From an uncultured Chthonomonadaceae bacterium (GTDB lineage Bacteria > Armatimonadota > Chthonomonadetes > Chthonomonadales > Chthonomonadaceae): DNA of 64,000 bases. Position 1 is the stretch's first letter. Every line of letters begins with the position of its first letter. The stretch is from assembly GCA_963817895.1 (NCBI GenBank), contig CAWFQB010000011.1:1-64000 (forward strand). Reading direction: 5' to 3'. Positions 33,659 to 43,328 of this stretch are shown in pieces. The position numbers and the translations under genes are program-made. The notes beneath the pieces were generated by a model. That model was not told the origin of the DNA. It did not search any database and saw only the letters and a list, made by a program, of their open reading frames with translations.

Positions 33659-34738
33659 ATGTTCCAGCGTGTGATAACTGTGATGATGGCGGCGATGCTC
33701 GGACTTGCCCTGCGCATGCCCGCGTCGGCTCTGGGCATCGGGGATGCGCCTCCCAAAATCGAAGTGAAAGAATTCGTCAAGGGCCAGCCCGTGAAAGAGT
33801 TTGAAACGGGCAAAATATACGTGGTGGAGTTCTGGGCAACGTGGTGTCCGCCATGCCGCGTCAGCATTCCCCACCTGACCGAACTGGCGAAGAAGCATAA
33901 GGATGTGGCCTTTGTGGGCGTCAGCGCCTTTGAAGACGACCAATCCAAAGTGAAGCCGTTTGTCGCGCAGATGGGCGACAAAATGGACTACTGCGTGGCA
34001 TTGGACGATGTGGCGGAGGGCGCAGCGCGCGACACGGGCAAAATGGCCGTCAACTGGATGAAGGCTGCGGAGCAGAAAGGCATTCCCACCGCGTTCATCA
34101 TTGACAAAACAACCCACATCGCGTGGATCGGTCGCCCCATGGATATGGATAAGCCGCTGGAACAGATCGAAGCGGGCAAGTGGGACATCAAAGCGGCGAG
34201 AGCCGACATGGACAAGCAGCAGGCCATTGAAAAGAAAATGGCGGAAGTCAGCCAGAAGTTTCGCTCTGCGGGCAATGACCCTGCCAAACGCTTGGCGGTT
34301 CTGGATGACGCGATTAAAAGCGACCCGGACATGGAACCCACGCTGGCGAATATAAAATTCGCCCTGATGCTGAATGCGCAACCCGATGCCCCGGAAACCA
34401 TCGCGTACGCCGCGCGCCTGACGGAAACCGTTTTCAAGGACGATTCAGCGCAACTGAACAGCGTCGCCTGGAACCTTGTAGACCCCGCGCAGCCCAAACG
34501 CGGCAAAAAACTGCGCGCGGTTGCTCTCAAAGCCGCCCTGCGCGCGGACGCGCTGGAGCAGAACAAAGACGCGGCGATTGCCGATACCCTTGCCAAAGCC
34601 TACTTCGATAACGGCAATACCGCCAAAGCCATCGAAACGCAGACCCGCGCTTTGAAACTCGCCAAAGGCACGGAAATGGAAAAAGACGCTTCGCTGGCGC
34701 AGCACCTCGCGGAGTACAAAAAGGCCGCCAGGCCGTAA
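33659..34738 (+). CDS. Secreted TlpA-like redoxin with a helical/TPR C-terminus
   Basis: Signal peptide; VVEFWATWCPPCR; GIPTAFII; DTLAKAYF. Confidence 0.88.
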   Translation: MFQRVITVMMAAMLGLALRMPASALGIGDAPPKIEVKEFVKGQPVKEFETGKIYVVEFWATWCPPCRVSIPHLTELAKKHKDVAFVGVSAFEDDQSKVKPFVAQMGDKMDYCVALDDVAEGAARDTGKMAVNWMKAAEQKGIPTAFIIDKTTHIAWIGRPMDMDKPLEQIEAGKWDIKAARADMDKQQAIEKKMAEVSQKFRSAGNDPAKRLAVLDDAIKSDPDMEPTLANIKFALMLNAQPDAPETIAYAARLTETVFKDDSAQLNSVAWNLVDPAQPKRGKKLRAVALKAALRADALEQNKDAAIADTLAKAYFDNGNTAKAIETQTRALKLAKGTEMEKDASLAQHLAEYKKAARP

Positions 34739-34765
34739 CCGAAAGCGACTCTGTTTTCACCTGAG

Positions 34766-34798
34766 AGGGTGGCGTAAATCAAATTTACGCCACCCTTT
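34766..34798 (+). terminator. Intrinsic terminator hairpin
   Basis: agggtggcgtaaat-caa-atttacgccaccct-tt after the redoxin gene. Confidence 0.75.
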
Positions 34799-34860
34799 CG
34801 CGTGTCAGCCTGAACTCAGTTCCTGAAGCGCTCGCCGTAATTTGTGGCGCGACATGAGAG

Positions 34861-34908
34861 TTTGTGAAACTTTGCGCAAACTCCAAAGTTTGTGAAACTT
34901 TGCACAAA
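34861..34908. promoter_or_regulatory. Tandem palindromic operator, Rex-box-like
   Basis: TTTGTGAAACTTTGCGCAAA and TTTGTGAAACTTTGCACAAA, compared with the TTGTGAA-N4-TTCACAA Rex consensus. Confidence 0.6.
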
Positions 34909-34950
34909 CCGGCGCGTACAAAGGAATAACGGAGTGAAAGGAGAACGCGG

Positions 34951-35763
34951 ATGCTGGCAAACAAGGTTATTCTTTACGACGACAGTTGCCCGATGTGCAA
35001 AGTGTACACGCAGGGGTTCGTAAGTATGGGCATCCTGACGCCCGAACATCGCGTCGGTATGGCCCGCGCGGATGCGGAAACGATGCGCCATCTTGACCTG
35101 AACCGGGCGCGGCACGAAATTCCTCTTCTCGACACCCAAACGGGCGAAGTGACGTATGGCATGGACGCGCTGTTTTTGCTGATCGGACACCGCGTTCCCA
35201 TTTTTACACCCCTGTTTCGCAGCCGAACTTTTCGCGCAATGGTGTACGCGCTGTATCAGCTTGTCACCTACAACCGCCGCGTGATTGCCGGCTGCGCCGC
35301 GCCCCGTGAAGGCTTCGATTGCGCCCCGGATTTCAATCGCGCGGTACGGGTAAAGTATCTGCGCCTCGCGATTGCGGTTTGGGGTTTGCTGATTGGCGGC
35401 GCGGCGATTACGACAGGTTCTGCCCATCTATGGTTGCTGTTGGCATTGGTGTTGAGCGGCGCGGGCGTACAAACGATTCGGTTTGCGCAGGCGCTGCGCG
35501 GCCACTGCTTCTGGGACAGGGCGGGCAGTTACGCCACCAACAATCTGCTGTTCGGTTTGCTGCTCATGCCCCTGCTGCTGCCGCTGCCCGCTCCCCTGCG
35601 CTGGCTCGGCTTCGGCGTTGCGGCAGGCGTCACTCTGCTGGACGCCGCCCGCCGTCAGCGCAACTGCCGCCGCTGCCTTTCCCATACAAAACTTTGCCGC
35701 GAAGAGCATCAGAAACCGGCGCGTAAGCGCGAAAACAACTCCGGCGTCCTCCCGTTCAAGTAG
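34951..35763 (+). CDS. DCC1-like thiol-disulfide oxidoreductase family membrane protein
   Basis: ILYDDSCPMC, LYQLVTYNRRVIA, CAPDFN, C-terminal TM helices. Confidence 0.82.
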   Translation: MLANKVILYDDSCPMCKVYTQGFVSMGILTPEHRVGMARADAETMRHLDLNRARHEIPLLDTQTGEVTYGMDALFLLIGHRVPIFTPLFRSRTFRAMVYALYQLVTYNRRVIAGCAAPREGFDCAPDFNRAVRVKYLRLAIAVWGLLIGGAAITTGSAHLWLLLALVLSGAGVQTIRFAQALRGHCFWDRAGSYATNNLLFGLLLMPLLLPLPAPLRWLGFGVAAGVTLLDAARRQRNCRRCLSHTKLCREEHQKPARKRENNSGVLPFK

Positions 35764-36011
35764 AAGTTCGCAGGGGTACAACTCACTTGACCTATGGACA
35801 ATGCAATTCGCGCATGATAAACTGTGGAATATATCCATTCCGTTTTAACCTGCAAGCCGCCTGCAATCTTTTCGATCCGCGTCAGCGGTTGGAGAATGGC
35901 GAACTGGACGCCTTCTACGTTGCGCGTCCACATGCGCCTGTACAGCGCTTGAAAAGCTACCTGTTTACAAGGCGTAACTGCGAGACAGGCTCTGTTATAA
36001 AGGCGAAATGA

Positions 36012-36611
36012 TTGGAACCCGAAGACTTACCCGGTACAGACGCAAACACGTTGCCCTACTTCGATAATGAAGCGCAGACAGGCTGCGTAATTCCTGTGCG
36101 TTTTGAGCCGCTCACGCTACAGGACGCGCCGGAACTGCAAAATGAAGATTGGGCCACTGCTGTGTTTGCATCTGCATGGAAGCAGTATGTTCATGCGGAA
36201 CATGTTTGCAAACTGATATGCGTAGACTCACAGGATCAACGAATTCAAGGAGTGGTTCGCATAGGCAGAACTGAAGCAGACATTCGTCATCTGAAGAAAA
36301 GTTTGTTGGAAGCGGCGACATTCAATCAATATGGCAGCGGCGCACAAATTTATCGTGGAGTTGGGCGCGTGTTAATTGCGCGTCTTGTCGTCGAAAGTGT
36401 TTTGCTGGGTAGGCATGGACGAGTTCTGGTTCTTCCACGCCCCGGCACACAACGTTTCTACCTGTCTTTAGGATTTGAACCGCTAGAACCCTTAAAGCGC
36501 AAATACATATTGAATGTACCGGCAGCATCCGTGTTGCTGAACTCAGTTTGTAATCCAGAACGTCAAAGTTTTGAAGGAGTGAATTTTGATGAAAACAACA
36601 GACAAAGATGA
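36012..36611 (+). CDS. GNAT-fold acetyltransferase-like protein (start uncertain)
   Basis: YRGVGRVLIA acetyl-CoA-binding-like motif and RFYLSLGF. Confidence 0.65.
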   Translation: MEPEDLPGTDANTLPYFDNEAQTGCVIPVRFEPLTLQDAPELQNEDWATAVFASAWKQYVHAEHVCKLICVDSQDQRIQGVVRIGRTEADIRHLKKSLLEAATFNQYGSGAQIYRGVGRVLIARLVVESVLLGRHGRVLVLPRPGTQRFYLSLGFEPLEPLKRKYILNVPAASVLLNSVCNPERQSFEGVNFDENNRQR

Positions 36612-36843
36612 GTGCGCCGAACGCGCCTACCGAATAGCGCGGGAGATAATAGATCAAGAATGGCTGGCGGCGGGCGCAACGCGAGAGGAGTTGGAACAAG
36701 ACGAACAGTTGACGCAGTTGCTGGATCGTCTTGTCGTCTCCGGGCATGACTTTCACAACCTTATGGCAGATTGGCAACACAAAACGCCGGAGGCAATTCT
36801 GCGCGAGTACGCCTCGCTTGTTCCCGCGTTGCACAACGCCTGA
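36586..36843 (+). CDS. Small acidic hypothetical protein overlapping the end of the GNAT gene
   Basis: AAGGAG RBS; 85 aa. Confidence 0.6.
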   Translation: MMKTTDKDECAERAYRIAREIIDQEWLAAGATREELEQDEQLTQLLDRLVVSGHDFHNLMADWQHKTPEAILREYASLVPALHNA

Positions 36844-36946
36844 CGCCGCGCTCATAGACATTTTAACATCTGTTATAAAATTTGCTGTAAAGCTGCGTTG
36901 AGCGGTATTGCAGCATTCTCGATCTTGAAAGATACTGGAGGTAGCT

Positions 36947-37312
36947 GTGTATGGCGTTTCCGAAGATTTGCCTTTCGCCTCGTTTGTCGGTGAAGAGTGC
37001 AATATGGTTGGATTGGGGCAGTTTCAAATCCAATTTCACTTTTCAGGCGACAGAAAAAGCATTGGGGCTGAAAGCAGATGGGAATTGCGAGACGCGGAGG
37101 GCGAAATAGTTGACAGGGCTATGCCGCGCAATGAGCGCGTCGAATATCGAATTCACCCTGTTATAGACCAACTCGTCCGCGGATTTGAGGTAAATGCGCC
37201 TTTGTCATTTACGTTGCAACTCGAGAATGGATACGCGCTGACCATTTACGATGACGAAGAGCAGTACGAGTGCTTCTCCATACATACAGATGGACATTCC
37301 TACTACATCTGA
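36947..37312 (+). CDS. Hypothetical beta-rich protein (DUF6188/immunity-protein-like)
   Basis: GGAGG RBS with GTG start; pattern QIQFHF...SRWEL...FTLQLENGYALTI...YECF. Confidence 0.6.
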   Translation: MYGVSEDLPFASFVGEECNMVGLGQFQIQFHFSGDRKSIGAESRWELRDAEGEIVDRAMPRNERVEYRIHPVIDQLVRGFEVNAPLSFTLQLENGYALTIYDDEEQYECFSIHTDGHSYYI

Positions 37313-37442
37313 AACAAAGCAACCACTTCCCGCCTGAATTTTGAAGTCAGGCGGGACTCTTTTTGCCTTCTGAACGGCTCTGTTTGTGGTACACTATACA
37401 ATCAATGTCTACTATTGTTTCGGGGCGGAGGAGGGCGCGAAC

Positions 37443-39608
37443 ATGGGCGAATTTCAACTGATTTCGGACTATTCTCCGGGCGGCGATCAGCCGCGAGGCG
37501 ATTGACAAAGCTGGCGCAGGGCATCCGCGACGGCAAGAAGTTTCAAACTCTTTTGGGAGCGACGGCCACCGGCAAGACCTACACGTATAGCAAACGTGAT
37601 TCAAAAGGTGCAGCGGCCTACGCTTGTGATGGCGCATAACAAGACGCTGGCCGCGCAGTTGTGCAGCGAGTTTCGGGAGTTCTTTCCCAACAACGCCGTC
37701 GAGTTCTTCGTGTCCTACTACGACTACTATCAGCCCGAAGCCTATATTCCGCAAACCGACACCTATATCGAAAAAGACAGTCAGGTCAACGACGAGATCA
37801 ACCGGCTGCGCCACAGCGCCACGCAAAGCCTGCTGGAACGGCGGGACGTGATTGTGGTTTCGTCCGTGTCGTGCATCTACGGGTTGGGTTCGCCGGACGA
37901 GTACAAAGAAATCGTGCTTGCCTTCAAGCGCGGCGAACCGTATGACCGCGAGGACGCCCTGCGCCGCCTGATAGATATGCAGTTCACGCGCAACAACATG
38001 GAACTGACGCGAGGCACGTTCCGGGTGCGGGGCGATACGCTGGAAATCCAGCCCGCCGACGAGGAAATCGTGATTCGCGTGGAGTTCTTCGGCGACGATG
38101 TGGAGAAAATCACGCTTGCCGATCCGCTCACGGGCGAAATCGTCGGGGCGCGCGACACCATTACCGTCTTTTCCGCCAGCCACTTCGTCACGTCCAAAGC
38201 CCGTCTGGAAAAAGCCATCGTCGAAATCGAAGCCGAAATGGAGGAGCAGGTGGCGTACTTCCGGCGCAATCAGCAACTGCTGGAAGCGCAGCGCATCGAG
38301 CAGCGAACCCGCTTCGACATCGAAATGATGAAGGAGTTGGGCTACTGTTCCGGCATCGAAAACTACAGCCGCTTCATGGACGGACGCGCGCCCGGGCACG
38401 CGCTCCGTATACCCTGCTGGACTACTTCCCGAAAGACTTTCTGCTCGTTGTGGACGAGAGCCACCAGACCCTGCCGCAGATTCGCGGCATGTACAACGGC
38501 GACAAGGCGCGCAAAGACACGCTGATCAACTACGGTTTCCGCCTGCCGTCCGCCGCCGACAACCGCCCGCTGAAATGGCACGAGTTCGAGGAGCGCCTGA
38601 ACCAGACGGTGTTCGTGTCCGCCACGCCCGGCCCTTATGAGAAGGAACACGCCGAGCAGGTGGTGGAGCAGATCATTCGCCCGACCGGACTGGTAGACCC
38701 GGAAATCGTCGTGCGCCCGACAAAGGGGCAGATTGACGACCTGATCGAAGAGATACGCAAGCGGGTGGAAAAGGAAGAGCGCGTTCTGGTCACGACACTG
38801 ACCAAGAAAATGGCGGAGGACCTGACCGAGTATCTGGAAGACCTGAAAATCAAGGTCAACTACCTGCACAGCGACATCAAGACGATGGAGCGCACGGAAA
38901 TCCTGCGCAACCTGCGGCTCGGCGTCCATGACGTGATTGTCGGCATCAACCTGCTGCGCGAAGGGCTGGACCTGCCGGAAGTCACGCTCGTCGCCATTCT
39001 GGACGCGGACAAAGAGGGCTTTCTGCGCTCGGATACCAGTCTGATACAGACGATCGGCCGCGCCGCCCGTAACGTGGGCGGGCAGGTGATTATGTACGCC
39101 GACAACCTGACGGGCAGTATGTCAGCGCGCCATTGAGGAAACCAACCGGCGGCGCGAAAAGCAGGTCGCCTATAATGTGGAACACAACATCACGCCGCAA
39201 ACGGTCAAGAAAGCCGTGCGCGACCTGATTATGGCCGAGCGCGTGGCCGAAGAGAAGAACGATTACAGTTCCCAGAACGCCACCGCCCGCCTGAAAGCCG
39301 ATCCCGCCACGATGAGCCTGAACCAGATCGAGGAGGTGATCGGGCAGTTGGAAAAGGAGATGAAGGACGCGGCCCGCGCCCTCAACTTCGAGTACGCGGC
39401 GGAACTGCGCGACGAGGTGAACGCCCTGCGCAAAATGGCTCCGAAAAGCAGCGTGGGACAGGACACCGGCACAAGCGGATTGGGCAAAGACAAAGCGCTT
39501 TACGGGCAGCAAGTCCGCCAAAGCCAGCAAAACCAAAAAATAGCAATATGTTTTGATGTAGAAAAGCGTGAGGCGATTGTTGCCTCACGCTTTTCTATTT
39601 CGCGCTGA
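37443..39608 (+). CDS. uvrB: Excinuclease ABC subunit B (frameshifts; 3' end approximate)
   Basis: [58 protein letters not shown]-terminal UVR domain [12 protein letters not shown]. Confidence 0.97.
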
Positions 39609-39646
39609 TGTTGTATAATAAGCGGGACGAAGGAGGCAGGAACACC

Positions 39647-40456
39647 ATGAGCGACAGCATCAAAATCACACAAACCGAAGCGGCCAATCGCTGCTTTTTA
39701 GAGAGAGTGCAGCAAATTCCAAACGTCACCGTCTACATCACCGGCGGCGAAACGCTTGTCGAACAATCCTTCGTAGTGGAAGTCCCCTCATTACGCGATG
39801 AAGCAACAGATCGTGTCTACGATCTACTATATGAAATAGATCGCGCCTACTCAAAAGCGCAAACGCGCGTGAGCGTTCGCGGCGTAAAAGAATTGTTGAG
39901 TGTTTGTACTCTGATGTTCATGTTGATGGGCATTGCGCGCGCTGACAAAACGGCCACACACGTTAAAAGCAAAACAACGGTTGCGGATGCGAAAACTGTG
40001 CAGGCGCGGAAGACGGTGCAGGATGTGTATGACCGGCAGGCGGCGGCGATGCGGCGCAAGGACATCAACGGCTTTCTGGCCCCGTTTACGCCCGACTATC
40101 AGGACGTGAAATACGGCAACCACATTTACACGGCGGAACACCTGCGGCAGCAATTGCCCGGGCTTATCGCCAAATACCCGCCCGGTTTCAAATTCAATAT
40201 CACCATTCAAAAGTTCAAATTGGAGGGCGACCGCGCGAAGGCGACGGCCAACTACCATTTGCAGCTTACGCGAACAGATGCGGAGCGCCACAGGCGGGAG
40301 TTGTGGACGAGCGACACGGTTTCCGAAGATGCGTGGATTAAGAAGGGCCAGAATTGGCGGCTGCAAAGCAGCCGGGAAACGCAGTTCAAAAACAAAAAGA
40401 CGCCCCTGTCTTCCAGCCCTGCGCAGCGACGCGCCAGTGGAAAAAGCAGGGGTTAA
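39647..40456 (+). CDS. Small alpha/beta domain in frame with a secreted NTF2/SnoaL-like (DUF4440-like) protein; possibly two genes
   Basis: GGAGG upstream; internal signal-like VKELLSVCTLMFMLMGIARA; AAMRRKDINGFLAPFTPDY...DAWIKKGQNWRL. Confidence 0.6.
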   Translation: MSDSIKITQTEAANRCFLERVQQIPNVTVYITGGETLVEQSFVVEVPSLRDEATDRVYDLLYEIDRAYSKAQTRVSVRGVKELLSVCTLMFMLMGIARADKTATHVKSKTTVADAKTVQARKTVQDVYDRQAAAMRRKDINGFLAPFTPDYQDVKYGNHIYTAEHLRQQLPGLIAKYPPGFKFNITIQKFKLEGDRAKATANYHLQLTRTDAERHRRELWTSDTVSEDAWIKKGQNWRLQSSRETQFKNKKTPLSSSPAQRRASGKSRG

Positions 40457-40464
40457 GGGAAGCG

Positions 40465-41157
40465 CTAATGCAGGAAGAAAAGCAACGCCCCAAGCGCGAT
40501 GAGCGCGAAGCCGATAATCAAGCCCTCGTTGTGTTCCAGCCAGCGCAGGCGTATTCGCTGTAATCCCAACGTGGTCAGCCATACAAGCAGCAGCATCAAT
40601 CCCAGCGTGGTGACGGCGAGACACGCGCTGACCAGAAACACGACATGCCAGGGCATGGCGGACGCGGCCACAAACACGGACAGCAAATCCAGGCACGGCG
40701 ACAGGGTCATGCCAAGCACAAGCGCGCCCATAACCGTCGGTTCCTGTCCCAACCGTCCCAGACTGTCGCTGCGCGTGGCCTCCTCCGTGACCTCTTCCAA
40801 TCGCTCATCGTGGGCATGGTGATGATGGTGATGGTGTCCCCCGCGCAGGCACGAAACCACGAAATACGCGCCCAACGCGATCAGCAGGCCGCCCGTCGCC
40901 GCGTGTTCTACCTGTGGTGGAATGGCCCGCAGCAGAGTTTTTCCGGCAAACATCACCACGATGCCGAGCGCGATGGTCAGCAGAATATGCCCCCCGCCCG
41001 CCAGCAGCGTCACCAGCAGCGTCCGGCGCAGCGTCCATTGCCGCGCCCGCGCCACAACAGCAAACGCCAGCCAGTGCGAGGGAATCAGCGCGTGTAACGC
41101 CGCAATGGAAACCGTTCCCATCAGCAGCGCGGTCAGAGAATGAGCCGCCGGGTTCAT
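40465..41157 (-). CDS. Ni/Co transporter-like membrane protein (NicO/RcnA-like) with a His-rich loop
   Basis: ALHALIPSHWL, HHHHHHHAHDE, LSPCLD, several TM helices. Confidence 0.8.
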   Translation of the reverse strand: MNPAAHSLTALLMGTVSIAALHALIPSHWLAFAVVARARQWTLRRTLLVTLLAGGGHILLTIALGIVVMFAGKTLLRAIPPQVEHAATGGLLIALGAYFVVSCLRGGHHHHHHHAHDERLEEVTEEATRSDSLGRLGQEPTVMGALVLGMTLSPCLDLLSVFVAASAMPWHVVFLVSACLAVTTLGLMLLLVWLTTLGLQRIRLRWLEHNEGLIIGFALIALGALLFFLH

Positions 41158-41272
41158 ACCGACACCTGTTGTATTTTCATCATTGTCTTACTCTCAAACT
41201 CATGAACGCGAATACGCTTCCAACGCAAAAGCAAGAACAAAGGCGAAGAGTTTTCATCCTTCATCCTTGCTC

Positions 41273-42202
41273 TTAATTGGCATGCAGGCTGAAACGGTCC
41301 AGTTGCGAACCGTCCGCGCGTAGCACGGTAAAGGCTGCCAGCCCGCCGGTCACCTCGCAAACCACGCAATGGTTGACGCTCTCGAACTTGTCGCCGGAAA
41401 TCGCGCCCTTGCCGGGGTCGGCGGAATACAGCGGCGCGCCGCCGCCCCCGCTTACGATGTAGGTGACGCCTTCGCGCAGCGTCCGGTAGTACAGATGGTC
41501 ATGACCGTTGAACACGGCGCGAACCCCGTACTTTACAAACACGGGATGCAGGGTCTTGCGCACATCTAAATCGCTGCCGTGCGAACCGATGGAAAACGGC
41601 GCGACGTGGAAGAACACAAAAATGTGCGTTGGCTTTGTGGTCAGTGTTGAATCCAAATCTTTAATCAGCCATTTGTACTGCGCGCTGTTTTCGTCGTAGG
41701 GCGTTTTTTCGTCAATGGCAAGCCCGATAAAGTGGCAATTGCCTTTGTCGAACGAGTAGTAGAATTTGTTGCCGGACGTAAACGGCGCGGTGACGCGATC
41801 CTCGAATCCCTTGCCGCCGAAGTCATGGTTGCCCCGCACCACGTAAAACGGCGCTTTCTGACGCGCTTCCCCGGTGATCGCGTCGTAGATTTTCCACTGG
41901 CTTTCCACGCCCCCATTATGCACCAGATCACCCGTTTGCAGAATAAATTCCGGGTTCTGCTTCATCATCACGGCAACCACTTTGCGATGAGCGTCATGCC
42001 CGTCTCGCGTGTCGCCATACAGACAGAAACGTACCGACTTTGCGGCAAGTTCAGGTTTTTCAAGGCCGATGGCAAGCGCCGCTTTTTTGGGCGCGGCCTG
42101 CGCCCACTTTGCCGCTCGGCCCGCGATTGCCACTGCGGCAACCAGCAATACGATTATCAGCGTCAAGGCCCCGCTTCGCAGAAGCCGCTCACGAAACAAC
42201 AT
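41273..42202 (-). CDS. Secreted metallophosphoesterase (purple acid phosphatase-like)
   Basis: YGDTR, TGDLV, RGNHD, FFHVAP, NGHDHLYYR, SGGGGAPLY. Confidence 0.9.
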   Translation of the reverse strand: MLFRERLLRSGALTLIIVLLVAAVAIAGRAAKWAQAAPKKAALAIGLEKPELAAKSVRFCLYGDTRDGHDAHRKVVAVMMKQNPEFILQTGDLVHNGGVESQWKIYDAITGEARQKAPFYVVRGNHDFGGKGFEDRVTAPFTSGNKFYYSFDKGNCHFIGLAIDEKTPYDENSAQYKWLIKDLDSTLTTKPTHIFVFFHVAPFSIGSHGSDLDVRKTLHPVFVKYGVRAVFNGHDHLYYRTLREGVTYIVSGGGGAPLYSADPGKGAISGDKFESVNHCVVCEVTGGLAAFTVLRADGSQLDRFSLHAN

Positions 42203-42334
42203 AAATCCATCCTCTATTCTGAAATGGTTTGTAACTTCCGGTTTCTATTTGTACGTATTTTGGGACACGGAGGGTTGCACACGCGGATGCCGACAACACG
42301 AAACACTCTGTACCCTGTATCAGGTTTTCAAGGG

Positions 42335-43225
42335 TTAAGGGTTTGCAGACCGCATGGCGCGTACCTGAACCTGAGCGCCATCCGATTGACACAGGACAGC
42401 CCCGATTTTATCCGTCCGCAACGCCTGAATTCCGCTTGCATACAAACGCGCGACCACTGCCGCATGAGGATGTCCGTAGAGATTGTGGGCGCCCAGGGAG
42501 AGGATGGCCCAATGCGGATGGGCTTGAGCTAGAAAACCGGGGGTGCTGGAGGTGTCGCTGCCGTGATGTCCGGCTTTCAGTACATCACAATCCAGTGTCA
42601 GGCCATCGCGTACCATATCGGCCTCCTCGTTCGCTTCCGCGTCGCCGGTCAGCAGAAAGGCCGTCCGTCCATAGCGCAGGCGAACCACGACGCTGGCATT
42701 GTTGGCTGTGCCGCGTGTTTCGAGGGGAGTGGGGGCCAGAATGTCAAGGACTGCGCCGTCGCCGCAGTCCAGATTTTGCCCGCGCTGCGCCGCCCGATAA
42801 GGAATATGATTTCGCTGCGCCGTTGCCAGGTACTGCGCGACAAGGGGCGAGGGGTCAGGCTGGCCGTTGTCCATCAGCAGGCGCGTATCGAACTGCGTTA
42901 GCAGCGTGTTCGCGCCGCCGATGTGGTCGGCATGGGGATGCGTCAAAATCAGCGCGTCAATACGCCCGATGCCCTCATGCCGCAAAAATGGCGCGACGAC
43001 ATGCCGCCCCATATCGTTACCCGGCGCGTTGCCAATCCCGCCCGTATCAATCACAATCACCCTGCCGGAAGGCGTTTGTATCACCGCCGAGTCGCCCTGC
43101 CCGACATCCAGAAAACTAACGTGTAAAAGCCCGTCCCCGCGCCGATGCGCCAGGTTCCAGCCCAGCAGCGCAACGTTCGCGGCGACAAACAACAGCAGCA
43201 GTTTCCAGATGGAAGAGAGTTTCAT
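42335..43225 (-). CDS. ComEC/Rec2-type MBL-fold protein (stand-alone MBL domain)
   Basis: FLDVGQGDS, LTHPHADHIGG, NNASVV, LLTGDAE, KAGHHGS, NLYGHPH. Confidence 0.9.
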   Translation of the reverse strand: MKLSSIWKLLLLFVAANVALLGWNLAHRRGDGLLHVSFLDVGQGDSAVIQTPSGRVIVIDTGGIGNAPGNDMGRHVVAPFLRHEGIGRIDALILTHPHADHIGGANTLLTQFDTRLLMDNGQPDPSPLVAQYLATAQRNHIPYRAAQRGQNLDCGDGAVLDILAPTPLETRGTANNASVVVRLRYGRTAFLLTGDAEANEEADMVRDGLTLDCDVLKAGHHGSDTSSTPGFLAQAHPHWAILSLGAHNLYGHPHAAVVARLYASGIQALRTDKIGAVLCQSDGAQVQVRAMRSANP

Positions 43226-43328
43226 TGTAAAATGTGGCAAATACTCCTGATAGGAGCGAAGAACTTAAATATTTTCCAGGTTGCTGCCTTAAACCGTGTT
43301 TGAGATGGCGGCATACAGAAAGCAGCAG

